Below are positions 7,951-17,503 of a stretch of 64,000 bases of DNA, piece after piece. The stretch is from Eubacteriales bacterium (GTDB taxonomy: Bacteria > Bacillota > Clostridia > Oscillospirales > CAG-272). Location of the stretch: assembly GCA_045632565.1 (NCBI GenBank), contig JAZQWX010000013.1:678-64677 (forward strand), written 5' to 3'. The stretch's first letter is position 1. Each line of letters begins with the position of its first letter. The notes beneath the pieces were generated by a model, which did no database searches, was not told the origin of the DNA, and was given only the letters and a program-made list of their open reading frames with translations. Both the position numbers and the translations under genes were made by a program.

Positions 7951-10365
7951 ATGCTGTATACCCAAAAAACGCTGTCTACCTTGGAATATGATAAGGTGAT
8001 CGCCCTGCTTGCCGATCGCGCGCTGACAGAAGGGGCAAGGGCTATGGCACTCACCTTAACACCAAGCGACGACTTTGATACCGTTTTTCTTCGTCAGAGA
8101 AAAACAGCGGACGCGAAGCGCCTTCTTGCCACGAAGGGATACCCCCCTTTTTCCGGCGTGAAGGATATCCGCGATGCAGTAGAGCGTGCCGAGAAGGGCG
8201 CTGTCCTGTCAGCGCGCGAGCTGCTCGCGATCGCCGCAGTGCTCTCTACTGCCCGCGCACTGGACGATTATCAGAACGATAAAAATGACCGCACGCAGGC
8301 GGGAAGTCTGAAGCCCATCTTTGAGCGCCTTTTCCCCAACCGTGTGCTGGAAACCAAAATTACCCATGCCATTCCCGCAGATGATATGATCGCCGATGAG
8401 GCCAGTGCAGAGCTGGCCGATATTCGCCGTAAAATGCGCGCAGCCGCCAATCGCGTTAAGGAAACGCTGCAAAAGTACGTTGGCGGCGCATACGCCAAAT
8501 ATTTGCAGGAAACGCTCGTCACCACGCGCGACGGACGCTACGTGATCCCCGTAAAAGCAGAATACCGCAACGAGATCAAAGGCCTCATTCACGATACCTC
8601 CTCCTCGGGGGCTACCGTTTTTATCGAGCCGATGGGCGTTGTGGATGCCAACAACGAGCTTCGTCTTCTTGAAAATAAGGAAGAGAAGGAGATCGAACGT
8701 ATTCTTGCCACGCTCTCTGCTCAATGCGCGGAAAGCTCCGGCACGATCCTCTCGGATTACCACGCTATTACCGAGCTTGCCTTTGCTTTTTCCTGCGCCT
8801 CACTTGCGGAGCTTATGCGTGCGGAGATGCCCACGCTGACCAAAGCCCCGGTCGTTGATCTTCGCCGCGCAAGACACCCTCTGCTTGCCGCTGATCGCGT
8901 TGTGCCGATCGACGTGGCTCTTGGCCGCGACTACCGCACGCTGGTCATTACAGGCCCGAACACGGGCGGCAAAACCGTATCTCTCAAAACCATCGGACTC
9001 TTTGCGCTAATGACGCAGGCGGGTCTTCAGATCCCGGCCTCGGAAAATTCCGTGATGGGCGTCTTCTCGGACGTTCTCGTGGATATCGGGGACGAGCAGA
9101 GCATTGAGCAATCCCTGTCCACGTTCTCCTCGCATATGGTCAATATCGTGTCTATTCTCGAGCAGGTTGGTGACCGTTCGCTTGTCCTCTTTGATGAGCT
9201 CGGCTCGGGGACAGACCCCGTAGAGGGCGCCGCCCTCGCGGGCGCGATCCTTGAGCACGTGCGGGAGCAAGGTGCGCTGACGGCCGCCACCACGCATTAC
9301 GCGGAGCTGAAGGCCTACGCCCTTGAAACCGAGGGGGTATGCAACGCATCCTGTGAATTTGATCTGGAAACCCTGCGCCCCACCTATCGATTGATCGTAG
9401 GTACACCCGGCAAATCCAACGCCTTTGCCATTTCCGAAAAGCTTGGGTTGTCCACAGAAATCATTGCCGCCGCCGAGAAGCTGGTATCCGGCAGCAGCAA
9501 GAGATTCGAAAACGTCATTGAAAAATTGGAACAAAGCCGCAAGGAAATGGAAAAGAACCGCGAAGAAGCCGAACGGCTTCGCGCGGAATATGAGGCTTTC
9601 AAACGCAAAGCCGAGCGTGACCTGCGTGAAAAGATTGCTGAAAGCGAAAAGGAAGCCGAAAAAGAGCGAGATAAAGCGCGGCAGGTGCTCGAAAGCGCCC
9701 GCGCCACCTCTGATTTTGTGTTGAAGCAGCTCGATGAGGTTAAGAAAAAACAAAAGAATCGCAATTTTGCCGCCGAGCTGGCAGACACCAAGCGCGCCAT
9801 GCGTGCCCGCATGCAGGAAACCTCGGACGAGATCTACGAAGCAGAGAATTCCTTTGCTGAGGATGAAGATTACACGCTTCCGCGACCCTTGCGGGTTGGC
9901 GATCGCGTATTCTTGCTTGGCTTTGGTCAAGAGGGGGAGGTAGTGGAGCTTCCCGATAAAAACGGCAACGTGGCCGTTCGCGCGGGTATTCTCTCTGCGA
10001 AATTACCGCTTGCCCGCCTGCGTCTTCTGGAGGGGAACGCGACCGTTCAGAAAAAAACACCGCCTAAGACCGTTTCCGCCTCTAAGGGTAAACGGCGTGA
10101 GGCAAGCATACCGCTTTCGGACTTCCGTGTAGAACAGGACGTTCGCGGCAAGAACGCCGAGGAAGCCTGGGCAATCGTTGACAAATATCTCGATGATGCG
10201 ATCCTTGCCGGTATCAAATCCGTGCGCATCATCCACGGTAAAGGAACGGGCATTTTGCGTGCCTCGCTCCAGAACGATCTGCACCACGATCCGCGCGTAT
10301 CCTCCTACCGTAACGGTGCGTACGGCGAAGGAGATATGGGTGTGACGGTTGTAGAGTTGAAATGA
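7951..10365 (+). CDS. mutS2: Endonuclease MutS2 (MutS-like ATPase with C-terminal Smr domain)
   Basis: 804 aa with a GPNTGGKT Walker A, a coiled-coil region, and a C-terminal Smr-like HGKGTG. Confidence 0.93.
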   Translation: MLYTQKTLSTLEYDKVIALLADRALTEGARAMALTLTPSDDFDTVFLRQRKTADAKRLLATKGYPPFSGVKDIRDAVERAEKGAVLSARELLAIAAVLSTARALDDYQNDKNDRTQAGSLKPIFERLFPNRVLETKITHAIPADDMIADEASAELADIRRKMRAAANRVKETLQKYVGGAYAKYLQETLVTTRDGRYVIPVKAEYRNEIKGLIHDTSSSGATVFIEPMGVVDANNELRLLENKEEKEIERILATLSAQCAESSGTILSDYHAITELAFAFSCASLAELMRAEMPTLTKAPVVDLRRARHPLLAADRVVPIDVALGRDYRTLVITGPNTGGKTVSLKTIGLFALMTQAGLQIPASENSVMGVFSDVLVDIGDEQSIEQSLSTFSSHMVNIVSILEQVGDRSLVLFDELGSGTDPVEGAALAGAILEHVREQGALTAATTHYAELKAYALETEGVCNASCEFDLETLRPTYRLIVGTPGKSNAFAISEKLGLSTEIIAAAEKLVSGSSKRFENVIEKLEQSRKEMEKNREEAERLRAEYEAFKRKAERDLREKIAESEKEAEKERDKARQVLESARATSDFVLKQLDEVKKKQKNRNFAAELADTKRAMRARMQETSDEIYEAENSFAEDEDYTLPRPLRVGDRVFLLGFGQEGEVVELPDKNGNVAVRAGILSAKLPLARLRLLEGNATVQKKTPPKTVSASKGKRREASIPLSDFRVEQDVRGKNAEEAWAIVDKYLDDAILAGIKSVRIIHGKGTGILRASLQNDLHHDPRVSSYRNGAYGEGDMGVTVVELK

Positions 10366-10369
10366 ACGA

Positions 10370-10405
10370 AAAAGCTCGGCAGATGATCTGCCGAGCTTTT
10401 TCTTT
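10370..10405. terminator. Bidirectional intrinsic terminator between mutS2 and the convergent XRE gene
   Basis: Stem AAAAGCTCGGCAGA pairs with TCTGCCGAGCTTTT and is followed by a T-run. Confidence 0.8.
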
Positions 10406-10411
10406 GCGTTT

Positions 10412-11023
10412 TTAATCCTTGTTGATCCGCTTTTTCTGCCAGGACCGCTTGCCGCATTTGGGGCATTTCATATATCTCGTTCTCCCCATATGCATAGCGG
10501 AATACATGGCTCCTTGCGTCGGAACGTACTTGTGCCCGCAATGCTTGCATTCGTAATATCCGGCGATCTGCTCAATTCTCATGGCACAGCAGAGGCCAAC
10601 AATACCTGGGATAAAACCAGAGAATACAAGAATGATTCTTTGCCAATCCTCCATCGGCAAGTATGCCGCGATAAATATTGGCACAAACAAAATGATGCAG
10701 GAAAGGATGCCGATTACCCATTCCAGTTTCAGTAATCTTCTGTCAGTTTCTTCTTTTTCCTTCACCATTTCGACAAGCTTGTTTTCCATTTCTTTGTTGT
10801 AGTTTTCCATTGTAACGATCTCCCCACTTAATAAATCATTGACGCTGATGCCAAGCTCGCGGCATAAGTCCAGCATAATAGAGGAATCCGGCATCGCTTT
10901 GCCGTTTTCCCATTTGGATACGGCTCTGTCGGTGATGTTCAGCTTTTCCGCAAGAGCCATTTGCGTCAGACCTTTCTTTTTTCTGCATTCTGCGATAAAG
11001 CGTCCGATCTTGATCTGATCCAT
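10412..11023 (-). CDS. XRE-family HTH regulator with two predicted TM helices and a C-terminal CxxC..CxxC zinc ribbon
   Basis: N-terminal sequence GLTQMALAEKLNITDRAVSKWENG is typical of an HTH_3 domain. Hydrophobic segments lie at roughly residues 100-150. The C-terminus has CKHCGH...CPKCGK. GGAGG RBS. Confidence 0.8.
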   Translation of the reverse strand: MDQIKIGRFIAECRKKKGLTQMALAEKLNITDRAVSKWENGKAMPDSSIMLDLCRELGISVNDLLSGEIVTMENYNKEMENKLVEMVKEKEETDRRLLKLEWVIGILSCIILFVPIFIAAYLPMEDWQRIILVFSGFIPGIVGLCCAMRIEQIAGYYECKHCGHKYVPTQGAMYSAMHMGRTRYMKCPKCGKRSWQKKRINKD

Positions 11024-11107
11024 TTTCTGTCCTCCTTTCGCTTACAGTATACCTGTTTTTTCGGGTGAAGTCTACATACCGTTGGTTGAGTGGGGAGATT
11101 CAACCAA

Positions 11108-11144
11108 GGAAAAATCCCAACCTTTCTTGGAAGGTTGGGATTTT
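11108..11144 (-). terminator. Intrinsic terminator ending the minus-strand dacB-rluB-131aa unit
   Basis: Stem AATCCCAACCTT 11113-11124 pairs with AAGGTTGGGATT 11131-11142. The A-run on the plus strand gives a U-run on the minus transcript. Confidence 0.75.
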
Positions 11145-11145
11145 G

Positions 11146-11541
11146 TTAGCCGTTCTCGTGTCCTCCGCCGCAGCCACCAAACATATGCGTCATGTCGGCA
11201 TGATAGACACCGCTATCGTTTTCCTTGAAGCCGATCGCCTTGATATGCGTTTCGCTTGCCGCATCGCGGGCACAGGTAGCGGTATGTACACCGCACAGAT
11301 CAATGAAATTCAGCACCGCGCGACCCATTAAAAACACTGCTTCAAAATCCTCAAGACCGGGGATGAGGGTGATGTTTCTCAAATATCCGCCCTCTTTTTC
11401 AATTGTAAACTGCGCTACGCCGATAAACTCTCCGTCAAGTGTGGCCGAATAAGCCATGCAATCCGGGTCGTAGGGAACAGCACAACGGGCGCAGCAGCGC
11501 GCCTGCGTATCTTTTTCTTGTATGGGTTTGATCTCCAGCAT
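11146..11541 (-). CDS. Hypothetical 131-aa protein (possibly a GNAT-like fold) with a Cys-rich N-terminus and a GGCGGGHENG tail
   Basis: The ORF has a GAGG RBS and starts 8 nt after the rluB stop. The family was not confidently recognised. Confidence 0.6.
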   Translation of the reverse strand: MLEIKPIQEKDTQARCCARCAVPYDPDCMAYSATLDGEFIGVAQFTIEKEGGYLRNITLIPGLEDFEAVFLMGRAVLNFIDLCGVHTATCARDAASETHIKAIGFKENDSGVYHADMTHMFGGCGGGHENG

Positions 11542-11548
11542 AACAACC

Positions 11549-12268
11549 TCACTTCGTGCTCTTATAAAGGTAGTCGACCTCTTCCTGTTCGAGATACCGC
11601 CACTTGCCCACGGCCAGCCCGTTTAAGCGAAGCTGACCGATCGCCACGCGAGAAAGACGCTTGACGGTAATGCCTGCAATCTCACACATCTTTCGGATCT
11701 GACGGTTGCGCCCCTCATACAGGTACATGTGAAGCACCGTATCGGTTTCCTCCGGTGTGATTTCCACGTCCACAGGCTTGATCGTATAGCCGTCAATGGT
11801 AAGGGGAGAGGTGAGCGTTTTGATCTGCTCCTCGGTGGGATGCCCCTCCACTTTCACGCGATAGATCTTCGGAATGCTGTGCGAGGGGTGCGTCAGGCGA
11901 TTGGTGAGCGTGCCGTCATCCGTCAGGAGCAAAAGCCCCTCGGAAACGCGGTCAAGCCGCCCGACGGGATATACGCGTGTATGAACGCCGTTGAGCAGCT
12001 CGGTTACACACTTTCTTCCTTGCGGATCGGAAAGCGAGGTGATATAGCCACGCGGCTTGTTCAGCATGATATAGGTGAATTTCTTTTTTTTCGGTCTGAT
12101 CACCTTGCCGTTAAGGGTCACCGTATCACGTTCGGGATCGACCGAATCGCCTACGCTCGCCACACGGCCGTTGATGGCAATGCTCCCTTTTTCTAATTCC
12201 GCCTCACAGGCGCGGCGCGACATAACGCCATTTTCAGAAAAGAATTTTTGCAGTCTGATTTTTTCCAT
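11549..12268 (-). CDS. rluB: Pseudouridine synthase, RluB/RsuA family, with an S4 domain
   Basis: Internal ATG at 12268 (MEKIRLQKFFSENGVMSRR...). GRLD catalytic motif. The upstream part of ORF 11549..12406 overlaps dacB. Confidence 0.88.
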   Translation of the reverse strand: MEKIRLQKFFSENGVMSRRACEAELEKGSIAINGRVASVGDSVDPERDTVTLNGKVIRPKKKKFTYIMLNKPRGYITSLSDPQGRKCVTELLNGVHTRVYPVGRLDRVSEGLLLLTDDGTLTNRLTHPSHSIPKIYRVKVEGHPTEEQIKTLTSPLTIDGYTIKPVDVEITPEETDTVLHMYLYEGRNRQIRKMCEIAGITVKRLSRVAIGQLRLNGLAVGKWRYLEQEEVDYLYKSTK

Positions 12269-12275
12269 GATACAC

Positions 12276-13394
12276 TCACAAGTTGAATAAATGTTTGATT
12301 TTGTCAAGTAAACTTTGTTTTTTCGGTACGGCGGCCACGCCTTCCTCGGCAAGCAAGGGAATGGCGGCAACCGTTTTGTCGCTTTGCGTGTAATATGCCA
12401 TGCCAAGAACCTGCCCGCGGCGGATGGGTGCTACGGCAAAGTGGTTGATTTCAAGTGACAGGGAAGGGGCATCGGTCTTTTTTGGCAGCACGACCGTTAT
12501 CGGATTCTTGGGCGATAACCCAACCGAATCTGCAACTCCTCCCACTACGGGAATTTGAAAAGAAATGCCGTCTGCCAAGGAATAACCCCGATAAAGAGAG
12601 AAACCGAGATCGAGCATAGCCGTGTGATCACGCCAATCATCCGGGGCGTCAAGCGTTACGGCGATCAGCTGCATGCCATCGCGCTCCGCCGCGCTGACCA
12701 GGCAACGCCCGCTGTTTTTGGTAAAGCCCGTTTTGACTCCTACGCAATCGTCATAGGCGCGCAGCAGCTTATTGTGGTTGGAAAGGGTGCGTACCGTTTC
12801 TTTGTCCGCGGAGTAGATCACCTTGCTTTTAGTGGCTACGATGCGGGCAAACGTTTCGTTTTCAAGAGCGGACGCTGTGATTTTGGCAAGCTCCTTTGCC
12901 GTGGTATAATGCTCCTCGTGATACAGCCCATGCGGGTTTGTAAAATGGGTGTCCGACAGAGAAAGTGCCTCTGCTTTTTCGTTCATCAGTGCGGCAAAGG
13001 CCTCTTCATTACCTGCTACGTGAATGGCAAGAGCCGTTGCCGCGTCATTCGCGCTGGCAAGGAGCAGGGCGTACAAGAGATCCTCTACGGTGAATTGGTT
13101 GCCCACCTGTAAATAGATGGATGAGCCCTCAATCCCTGCCGCTTCGGGAGATACCGTTACTATCTCGTCGAGCGCGACCTGCTCCAGCACGACCAAAGCC
13201 GTCATGATCTTGGTGGTGCTGGCCATCGGATGACGGCGATCGGCGTTCTTTTCAAAAATAAAGGCATTATTCTGCGGCAGATACAGACAAGCACATTCGC
13301 CGGAAACAGATGCCGCCGCAGACGGAATACATAGCGGCGACAAAAGGACAAGCGATAGAAAAAGTGAGAGCAGGCACAGCCACGTCTTGCGCAT
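12276..13394 (-). CDS. dacB: D-alanyl-D-alanine carboxypeptidase (serine type, DacB-like)
   Basis: Signal peptide, then the STTKIMT (SxxK) motif. GGAGG lies 5 nt before ATG 13394. Bacillus-like scpAB..dacB..rluB neighbourhood. Confidence 0.88.
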   Translation of the reverse strand: MRKTWLCLLSLFLSLVLLSPLCIPSAAASVSGECACLYLPQNNAFIFEKNADRRHPMASTTKIMTALVVLEQVALDEIVTVSPEAAGIEGSSIYLQVGNQFTVEDLLYALLLASANDAATALAIHVAGNEEAFAALMNEKAEALSLSDTHFTNPHGLYHEEHYTTAKELAKITASALENETFARIVATKSKVIYSADKETVRTLSNHNKLLRAYDDCVGVKTGFTKNSGRCLVSAAERDGMQLIAVTLDAPDDWRDHTAMLDLGFSLYRGYSLADGISFQIPVVGGVADSVGLSPKNPITVVLPKKTDAPSLSLEINHFAVAPIRRGQVLGMAYYTQSDKTVAAIPLLAEEGVAAVPKKQSLLDKIKHLFNL

Positions 13395-13460
13395 AAGATC
13401 CTCCAAAAAACTGTTTGTAGGATAGCATGCACAGGGCAGTACAGGTTATACCATGTGAAA

Positions 13461-13931
13461 TTATGCCTGTTCCTTGGCCTCTTCCTTGCCGTCACACAGG
13501 GCAGGCTCTTCTACCTTCTCATCGGCCTGCTTTTTCTTCTTTTCGGATTTGAAGATGGCCTTGAAGCGTTCTACAAGATCGGGAGAACGCTCGATAAAAG
13601 CGGTCACCTTGTCTACGGCATCCTGCTGGGACGGGCCGGTAATGGGCAACAGCTGCACGTTGCCGTCCGGGCTGATGATCAAAAAGGAAATGGGGGTAAC
13701 GGTCATGCCGGTTCCGCCGCCGCCGCCAAAATTCTGTGCCGCGCCGGGTGCTTTTTTGTCATTGTAATCGATACCGCCCGAGGCAAAGCCCACGGAAACC
13801 TTGGAAACCGGGATAACGGTCGTGCCGTTCGTCGTTTCGATCGGATTGCCGATAACCGTTTCGGCATCGGCCAGGCTTTTGATCTTTTCAAGAGAAGTGC
13901 GGATGATTTCGCTGATTTTGTTTTCAGACAT
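13461..13931 (-). CDS. ytfJ: Sporulation protein YtfJ (GerW family)
   Basis: The VIPVSKVSVGFASGG motif is typical of YtfJ. GGAGG RBS. It overlaps the upstream ytfI-like gene by 8 nt. Confidence 0.85.
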   Translation of the reverse strand: MSENKISEIIRTSLEKIKSLADAETVIGNPIETTNGTTVIPVSKVSVGFASGGIDYNDKKAPGAAQNFGGGGGTGMTVTPISFLIISPDGNVQLLPITGPSQQDAVDKVTAFIERSPDLVERFKAIFKSEKKKKQADEKVEEPALCDGKEEAKEQA

Positions 13932-14559
13932 GGTGGGGACCTCCTTTAATTTTACCTTGTTTTTTTGTAAGAAACACCCGCGCGAATTTCAGTCCGAGAT
14001 GGATGAGCTGATACACACGCAGGGAAAAGGTCAGATCGCAATCTGCCGTGCTTTTTTGCCCGATAAAATCGGCATAAACGCCAATATCGGCACGGTAGGA
14101 AGGGTGAAAATTGGTGTGCCTGTCAAGAAAGGCCAAAAGATAGGCAAGCGACTGTGAAACCACGCCGTACAGCACAGCGGTTTCGGCTGCATCCCCCGTG
14201 GCCACGGTAATGCGTAAGCGGCGCACGTCCATGCGGAAATATTTCAAAAAACGCTCGTACAGAGAAGTAAAAATATCCGTGAACGTTGTAAACCGTTCGA
14301 AAAAGGACGGCTTCTTTTTTGGCGTGGCCTCGTGTTTTGCCACCTCGCGCGGCTTCTTTTTTCGCTTCTTTAGGTTTTTGTAAGAAAAATCGCGGATGCG
14401 AACCCTTTTCTTTTTGGGATACAGCGGGATCCTCAGAAATAGGATCTTCAGATATACCCGCACGTCCCCGTTGTATATAAGGGAAACGCGCAAACGGATA
14501 AACAGAAGCAAAAGGAGAAAGAGAATGCATGCGAGCAGGATATAAAAGCCCGTGGACAT
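13924..14559 (-). CDS. DUF2953/YtfI-like sporulation membrane protein
   Basis: N-terminal TM segment and a Lys-rich linker. Its position directly upstream of ytfJ matches the Bacillus ytfI-ytfJ arrangement. Confidence 0.6.
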   Translation of the reverse strand: MSTGFYILLACILFLLLLLFIRLRVSLIYNGDVRVYLKILFLRIPLYPKKKRVRIRDFSYKNLKKRKKKPREVAKHEATPKKKPSFFERFTTFTDIFTSLYERFLKYFRMDVRRLRITVATGDAAETAVLYGVVSQSLAYLLAFLDRHTNFHPSYRADIGVYADFIGQKSTADCDLTFSLRVYQLIHLGLKFARVFLTKKQGKIKGGPHHV

Positions 14560-14580
14560 ATTCGTCCTCCTTTCGTTCGT

Positions 14581-15438
14581 TTATTCGTCAAAATCAGGGG
14601 TTTCTCCTATTGCGGCAGCCATTTTGTCAGGCTGCGGCTCGTCCTCGGAATCGGCGGCAATTTGCGGGCCATCCAGCACCGCGGCATCCATGATCATCTG
14701 GTTTTGATCGGGCTGTGTTTCAAGGGCGATCTGATGAGAAAGCTTGGAAAGCATTTCGGCCGCCTCCTCGGAGGTGACGCCGGGTAGCTCGGTCAGTGAG
14801 GAAAGACCGAAGCAGCGTAAAAAGTCGGGCGTTGTGCCGTACAGCATCGGTCTGCCGGGGGCATCCAGGCGACCCTTGGACTCAATCAGGCTTCGCTCCA
14901 GCAGGGAGTTGACTGCATAGCTGGAATCCACGCCGCGCACCGTGTCGATGTAGGAACGGGTGACCGGCTGATTGTAGGCAATAATGGCAAGGGTTTCAAT
15001 AGAGGAGTTCGATAGATTGCCACCGCGTCGGATACCGAGCGCCTCTCGGATATACGGCAGATATTCCGCCTTGGTGCACAGCTGACAGCTGTCGTCAAAG
15101 GTCAGCATCATTACGCCGCGCGGAATGGGGGAATCGTTATACAAAAGGGAATAGGAGTACACGATCGAGCGCGCCTCCTCCAAGGACATGGAGAGCACAC
15201 GGGCGATCGATGCGTAGGTAACGGCATGTCCTGCCGCAAACAGGATCGCTTCAATGGTTTCCCCAAGCTCGGGGGATACCTCTACGATCTCGGGGATCAC
15301 CGAGATCGGCTTTTTCACCTTCTTCTTGGGGGCTTTTTCCGCAAGCGCCTCAATACTTTCCTCGGGCGCGTTTTTCATTTCTTCGATATCAGACACCGTT
15401 TGTACCTTCGCTTTCTGTGGGGTCAAATTCACCGGCAA
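14581..15438 (-). CDS. scpB: Segregation and condensation protein B
   Basis: ScpB-like winged-helix core (IEAILFAAGHAVTY...). The track start is TTG at 15438 behind GAGGAGGG and overlaps scpA by 50 nt. ATG 15378 is an alternative start, so the start is uncertain. Confidence 0.8.
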   Translation of the reverse strand: MPVNLTPQKAKVQTVSDIEEMKNAPEESIEALAEKAPKKKVKKPISVIPEIVEVSPELGETIEAILFAAGHAVTYASIARVLSMSLEEARSIVYSYSLLYNDSPIPRGVMMLTFDDSCQLCTKAEYLPYIREALGIRRGGNLSNSSIETLAIIAYNQPVTRSYIDTVRGVDSSYAVNSLLERSLIESKGRLDAPGRPMLYGTTPDFLRCFGLSSLTELPGVTSEEAAEMLSKLSHQIALETQPDQNQMIMDAAVLDGPQIAADSEDEPQPDKMAAAIGETPDFDE

Positions 15439-16195
15439 CGCCCTCCTCGGGCACGTAGTCGGGGTTAAGCTTGAATTTCATGAGAAGTCCGTCCTGAAGC
15501 GCCTCTGCATCCTCTTCCGGCTCGTCGCAGATCAAAACTCGCTTCAGCTTGATCAGCTCAAGAAGACCCATGAACATGGCAAGCAGCTGCGGACGCTCCA
15601 CGGCATCCTTTAAGAGGAAGAAGAGTGAGGCTTCGCCGCGGACGTTCAGTCGGGAAACAAGACCCTCTATCTCGTTTTCAACCGAATAGGTTTTGGTTTT
15701 GACAAGAGGGGTGATGAGGTGCTCGGGCTGACGCTCCTTTTCACGCATGCGTAACAGCATGGCGTTCATTGCCTTGGAAAGGAGCATGGGATTCAGTCCC
15801 ATCGGTACGCCGCGGTCGGGCGGGATCTCGTCAATATCCTTGGCCATACGGCCGGAAAATTCAGCGTACAAGGGGCGAAGCTCCTCGGCCGCCTCCTTTG
15901 CCTTCTGATAGATCAAAAGGGCGTCTATCAGCTCTGCGCGCGGGTCAGGATCGTTTTCTTCATCGCGAGGCAGCAGCATGCGGCTTTTGATCAGCATCAG
16001 CTCGCTGGCCATCACCACAAATTCGCTGGCGATGTCCAGATCCATTTTGCGGTTTGCTTCGATATACTGCATATATTGGTCGCAGATCACCGCAATCGGT
16101 ATGTCGGTGATGCTTACCTTATTCTTCGCGATCAGCGTCAGAAGTAGGTCAAGCGGCCCTTCAAACTGATCCAGCCGATAGGTTAGTTCTTCCAT
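15389..16195 (-). CDS. scpA: Segregation and condensation protein A
   Basis: Internal ATG at 16195 (MEELTYRLDQFEGPLDLLL...), the typical ScpA N-terminus, with a GGAGG RBS. Confidence 0.88.
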   Translation of the reverse strand: MEELTYRLDQFEGPLDLLLTLIAKNKVSITDIPIAVICDQYMQYIEANRKMDLDIASEFVVMASELMLIKSRMLLPRDEENDPDPRAELIDALLIYQKAKEAAEELRPLYAEFSGRMAKDIDEIPPDRGVPMGLNPMLLSKAMNAMLLRMREKERQPEHLITPLVKTKTYSVENEIEGLVSRLNVRGEASLFFLLKDAVERPQLLAMFMGLLELIKLKRVLICDEPEEDAEALQDGLLMKFKLNPDYVPEEGVAGEFDPTESEGTNGV

Positions 16196-16205
16196 GGTGC
16201 CTCCG

Positions 16206-16868
16206 TTAAGGAATAAAGGATAAAAGGGAAAAGATGGCATTTGAGAGAAAACCGGTGACACTTCCCAAAATGCCTGAAAATGCGCCGACCCACAAGGCGA
16301 TCATCAGAACGATCATGATGATGCGCTCGTATTTCATCACCTTGAAATACCACTTCGGCGGCAAAAAGACGTAAAAGATCCGCGAGCCGTCCAGCGGCGG
16401 CAGAGGGATCAGATTGAATACGCAATAGCTGATGTTCAGCAAATGAAACAGAACGAAGAAATCAGCCAAACGACTAAAGAACAGAAAAACGAATTGATGC
16501 GGCAAAATGGAAAGCACGGCGTTACCGCCAAGCACCGTCAGCTTGGCAAGAAGCGCACCGATGATGGCCATGATCAGATTGGAGATCGGCCCTGCCGCCG
16601 CGGTCAAGGCCATACCCTTGCGCGGATCCTTGAAATATCGCGGATTGATCGGCACGGGCTTGGCCCATCCGAAACGGAAGATGACCATAAACAGCGTTCC
16701 GACGGGATCAAGATGCCGCAGGGGATTCAGAGTAAGCCGCCCAAGCGACCGTGCGGTCGGGTCGCCGAGCCGAAAGGCGACGTAGCCGTGCGCGTATTCA
16801 TGCACGCACAAAGCGATCATCGCCGCAGGAATAAGGAGCAGCAGCTCCACGATATCGATATCAAACAT
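16206..16868 (-). CDS. Site-2 protease family (peptidase M50) membrane metalloprotease
   Basis: HEYAHG zinc motif within a polytopic membrane protein. Confidence 0.82.
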   Translation of the reverse strand: MFDIDIVELLLLIPAAMIALCVHEYAHGYVAFRLGDPTARSLGRLTLNPLRHLDPVGTLFMVIFRFGWAKPVPINPRYFKDPRKGMALTAAAGPISNLIMAIIGALLAKLTVLGGNAVLSILPHQFVFLFFSRLADFFVLFHLLNISYCVFNLIPLPPLDGSRIFYVFLPPKWYFKVMKYERIIMIVLMIALWVGAFSGILGSVTGFLSNAIFSLLSFIP

Positions 16869-16882
16869 ATTGGATCAGTCCT

Positions 16883-17485
16883 TTAAGACAAATGGGATAG
16901 AATTTCACTCCATACCTTTTCGCGTCCCTCTCCCGTTACCGAGGAATAGGGGATCACGCGAATGCCCGTTCCCGCAAAGCAGCCGTTTTCCCATTCATCC
17001 AGCGTCTTTTGCAGGGCAGTCTTGCTCATCTTATCGCACTTGGTGGCTACCACGAAAAAGGGAAGTGCCGCGTCAATGAGATAGTTGATCATCATAATAT
17101 CATCGTCGGTCGGACCAATGCGGATATCCACCAGCTGAATGACCGCCTTTACGCAGTCGATGTTCTTATTGTTGACAAAATACCCGTCCGTGAGTGCAGA
17201 CCACACCTTTTTTTCTTCGGGATTTCGTCTGGCAAAGCCGTACCCCGGCAGATCGACCAGATATAACTGCTTGTCGATATCGTAAAAATTCACGGTAATG
17301 GTCTTGCCGGGAGTCGAGCTGACACGCGCAAAGGACTTGCGGCCGAGAAGAGAGTTGATCAGCGAGCTCTTTCCGACGTTGGAACGGCCGGAAAAGGCGA
17401 TCTGCGGCTTGGCATCCGAGGGAAACTGCTGCGGCATGCCCGCACTCATTTTCAGGGATACGTTGTTTTTGTTAATGTTGGCCAT
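16883..17485 (-). CDS. engB: Ribosome biogenesis GTP-binding protein YsxC/EngB
   Basis: GRSNVGKSS G1 motif and DLPGYG. It lies downstream of lon as in Bacillus. Confidence 0.92.
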   Translation of the reverse strand: MANINKNNVSLKMSAGMPQQFPSDAKPQIAFSGRSNVGKSSLINSLLGRKSFARVSSTPGKTITVNFYDIDKQLYLVDLPGYGFARRNPEEKKVWSALTDGYFVNNKNIDCVKAVIQLVDIRIGPTDDDIMMINYLIDAALPFFVVATKCDKMSKTALQKTLDEWENGCFAGTGIRVIPYSSVTGEGREKVWSEILSHLS

Positions 17486-17503
17486 AACGCCTCCGTAATA
17501 CCG

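Noticed and set aside
11146-11180. The C-terminal GG-CGGGHENG tail of the 131-aa protein, considered as a possible RiPP core behind a Gly-Gly leader cleavage site.
   Set aside because: There is no cyclodehydratase, radical SAM enzyme, peptidase-containing ABC exporter or other maturation gene nearby. The putative core is only 8 residues long. The body of the protein looks like a folded enzyme-type domain rather than a leader.
13455-13949. A 164-aa plus-strand ORF overlapping ytfJ.
   Set aside because: It is antisense to a clearly conserved sporulation gene, is low-complexity (Gly/Leu/Phe-rich), and has no RBS.
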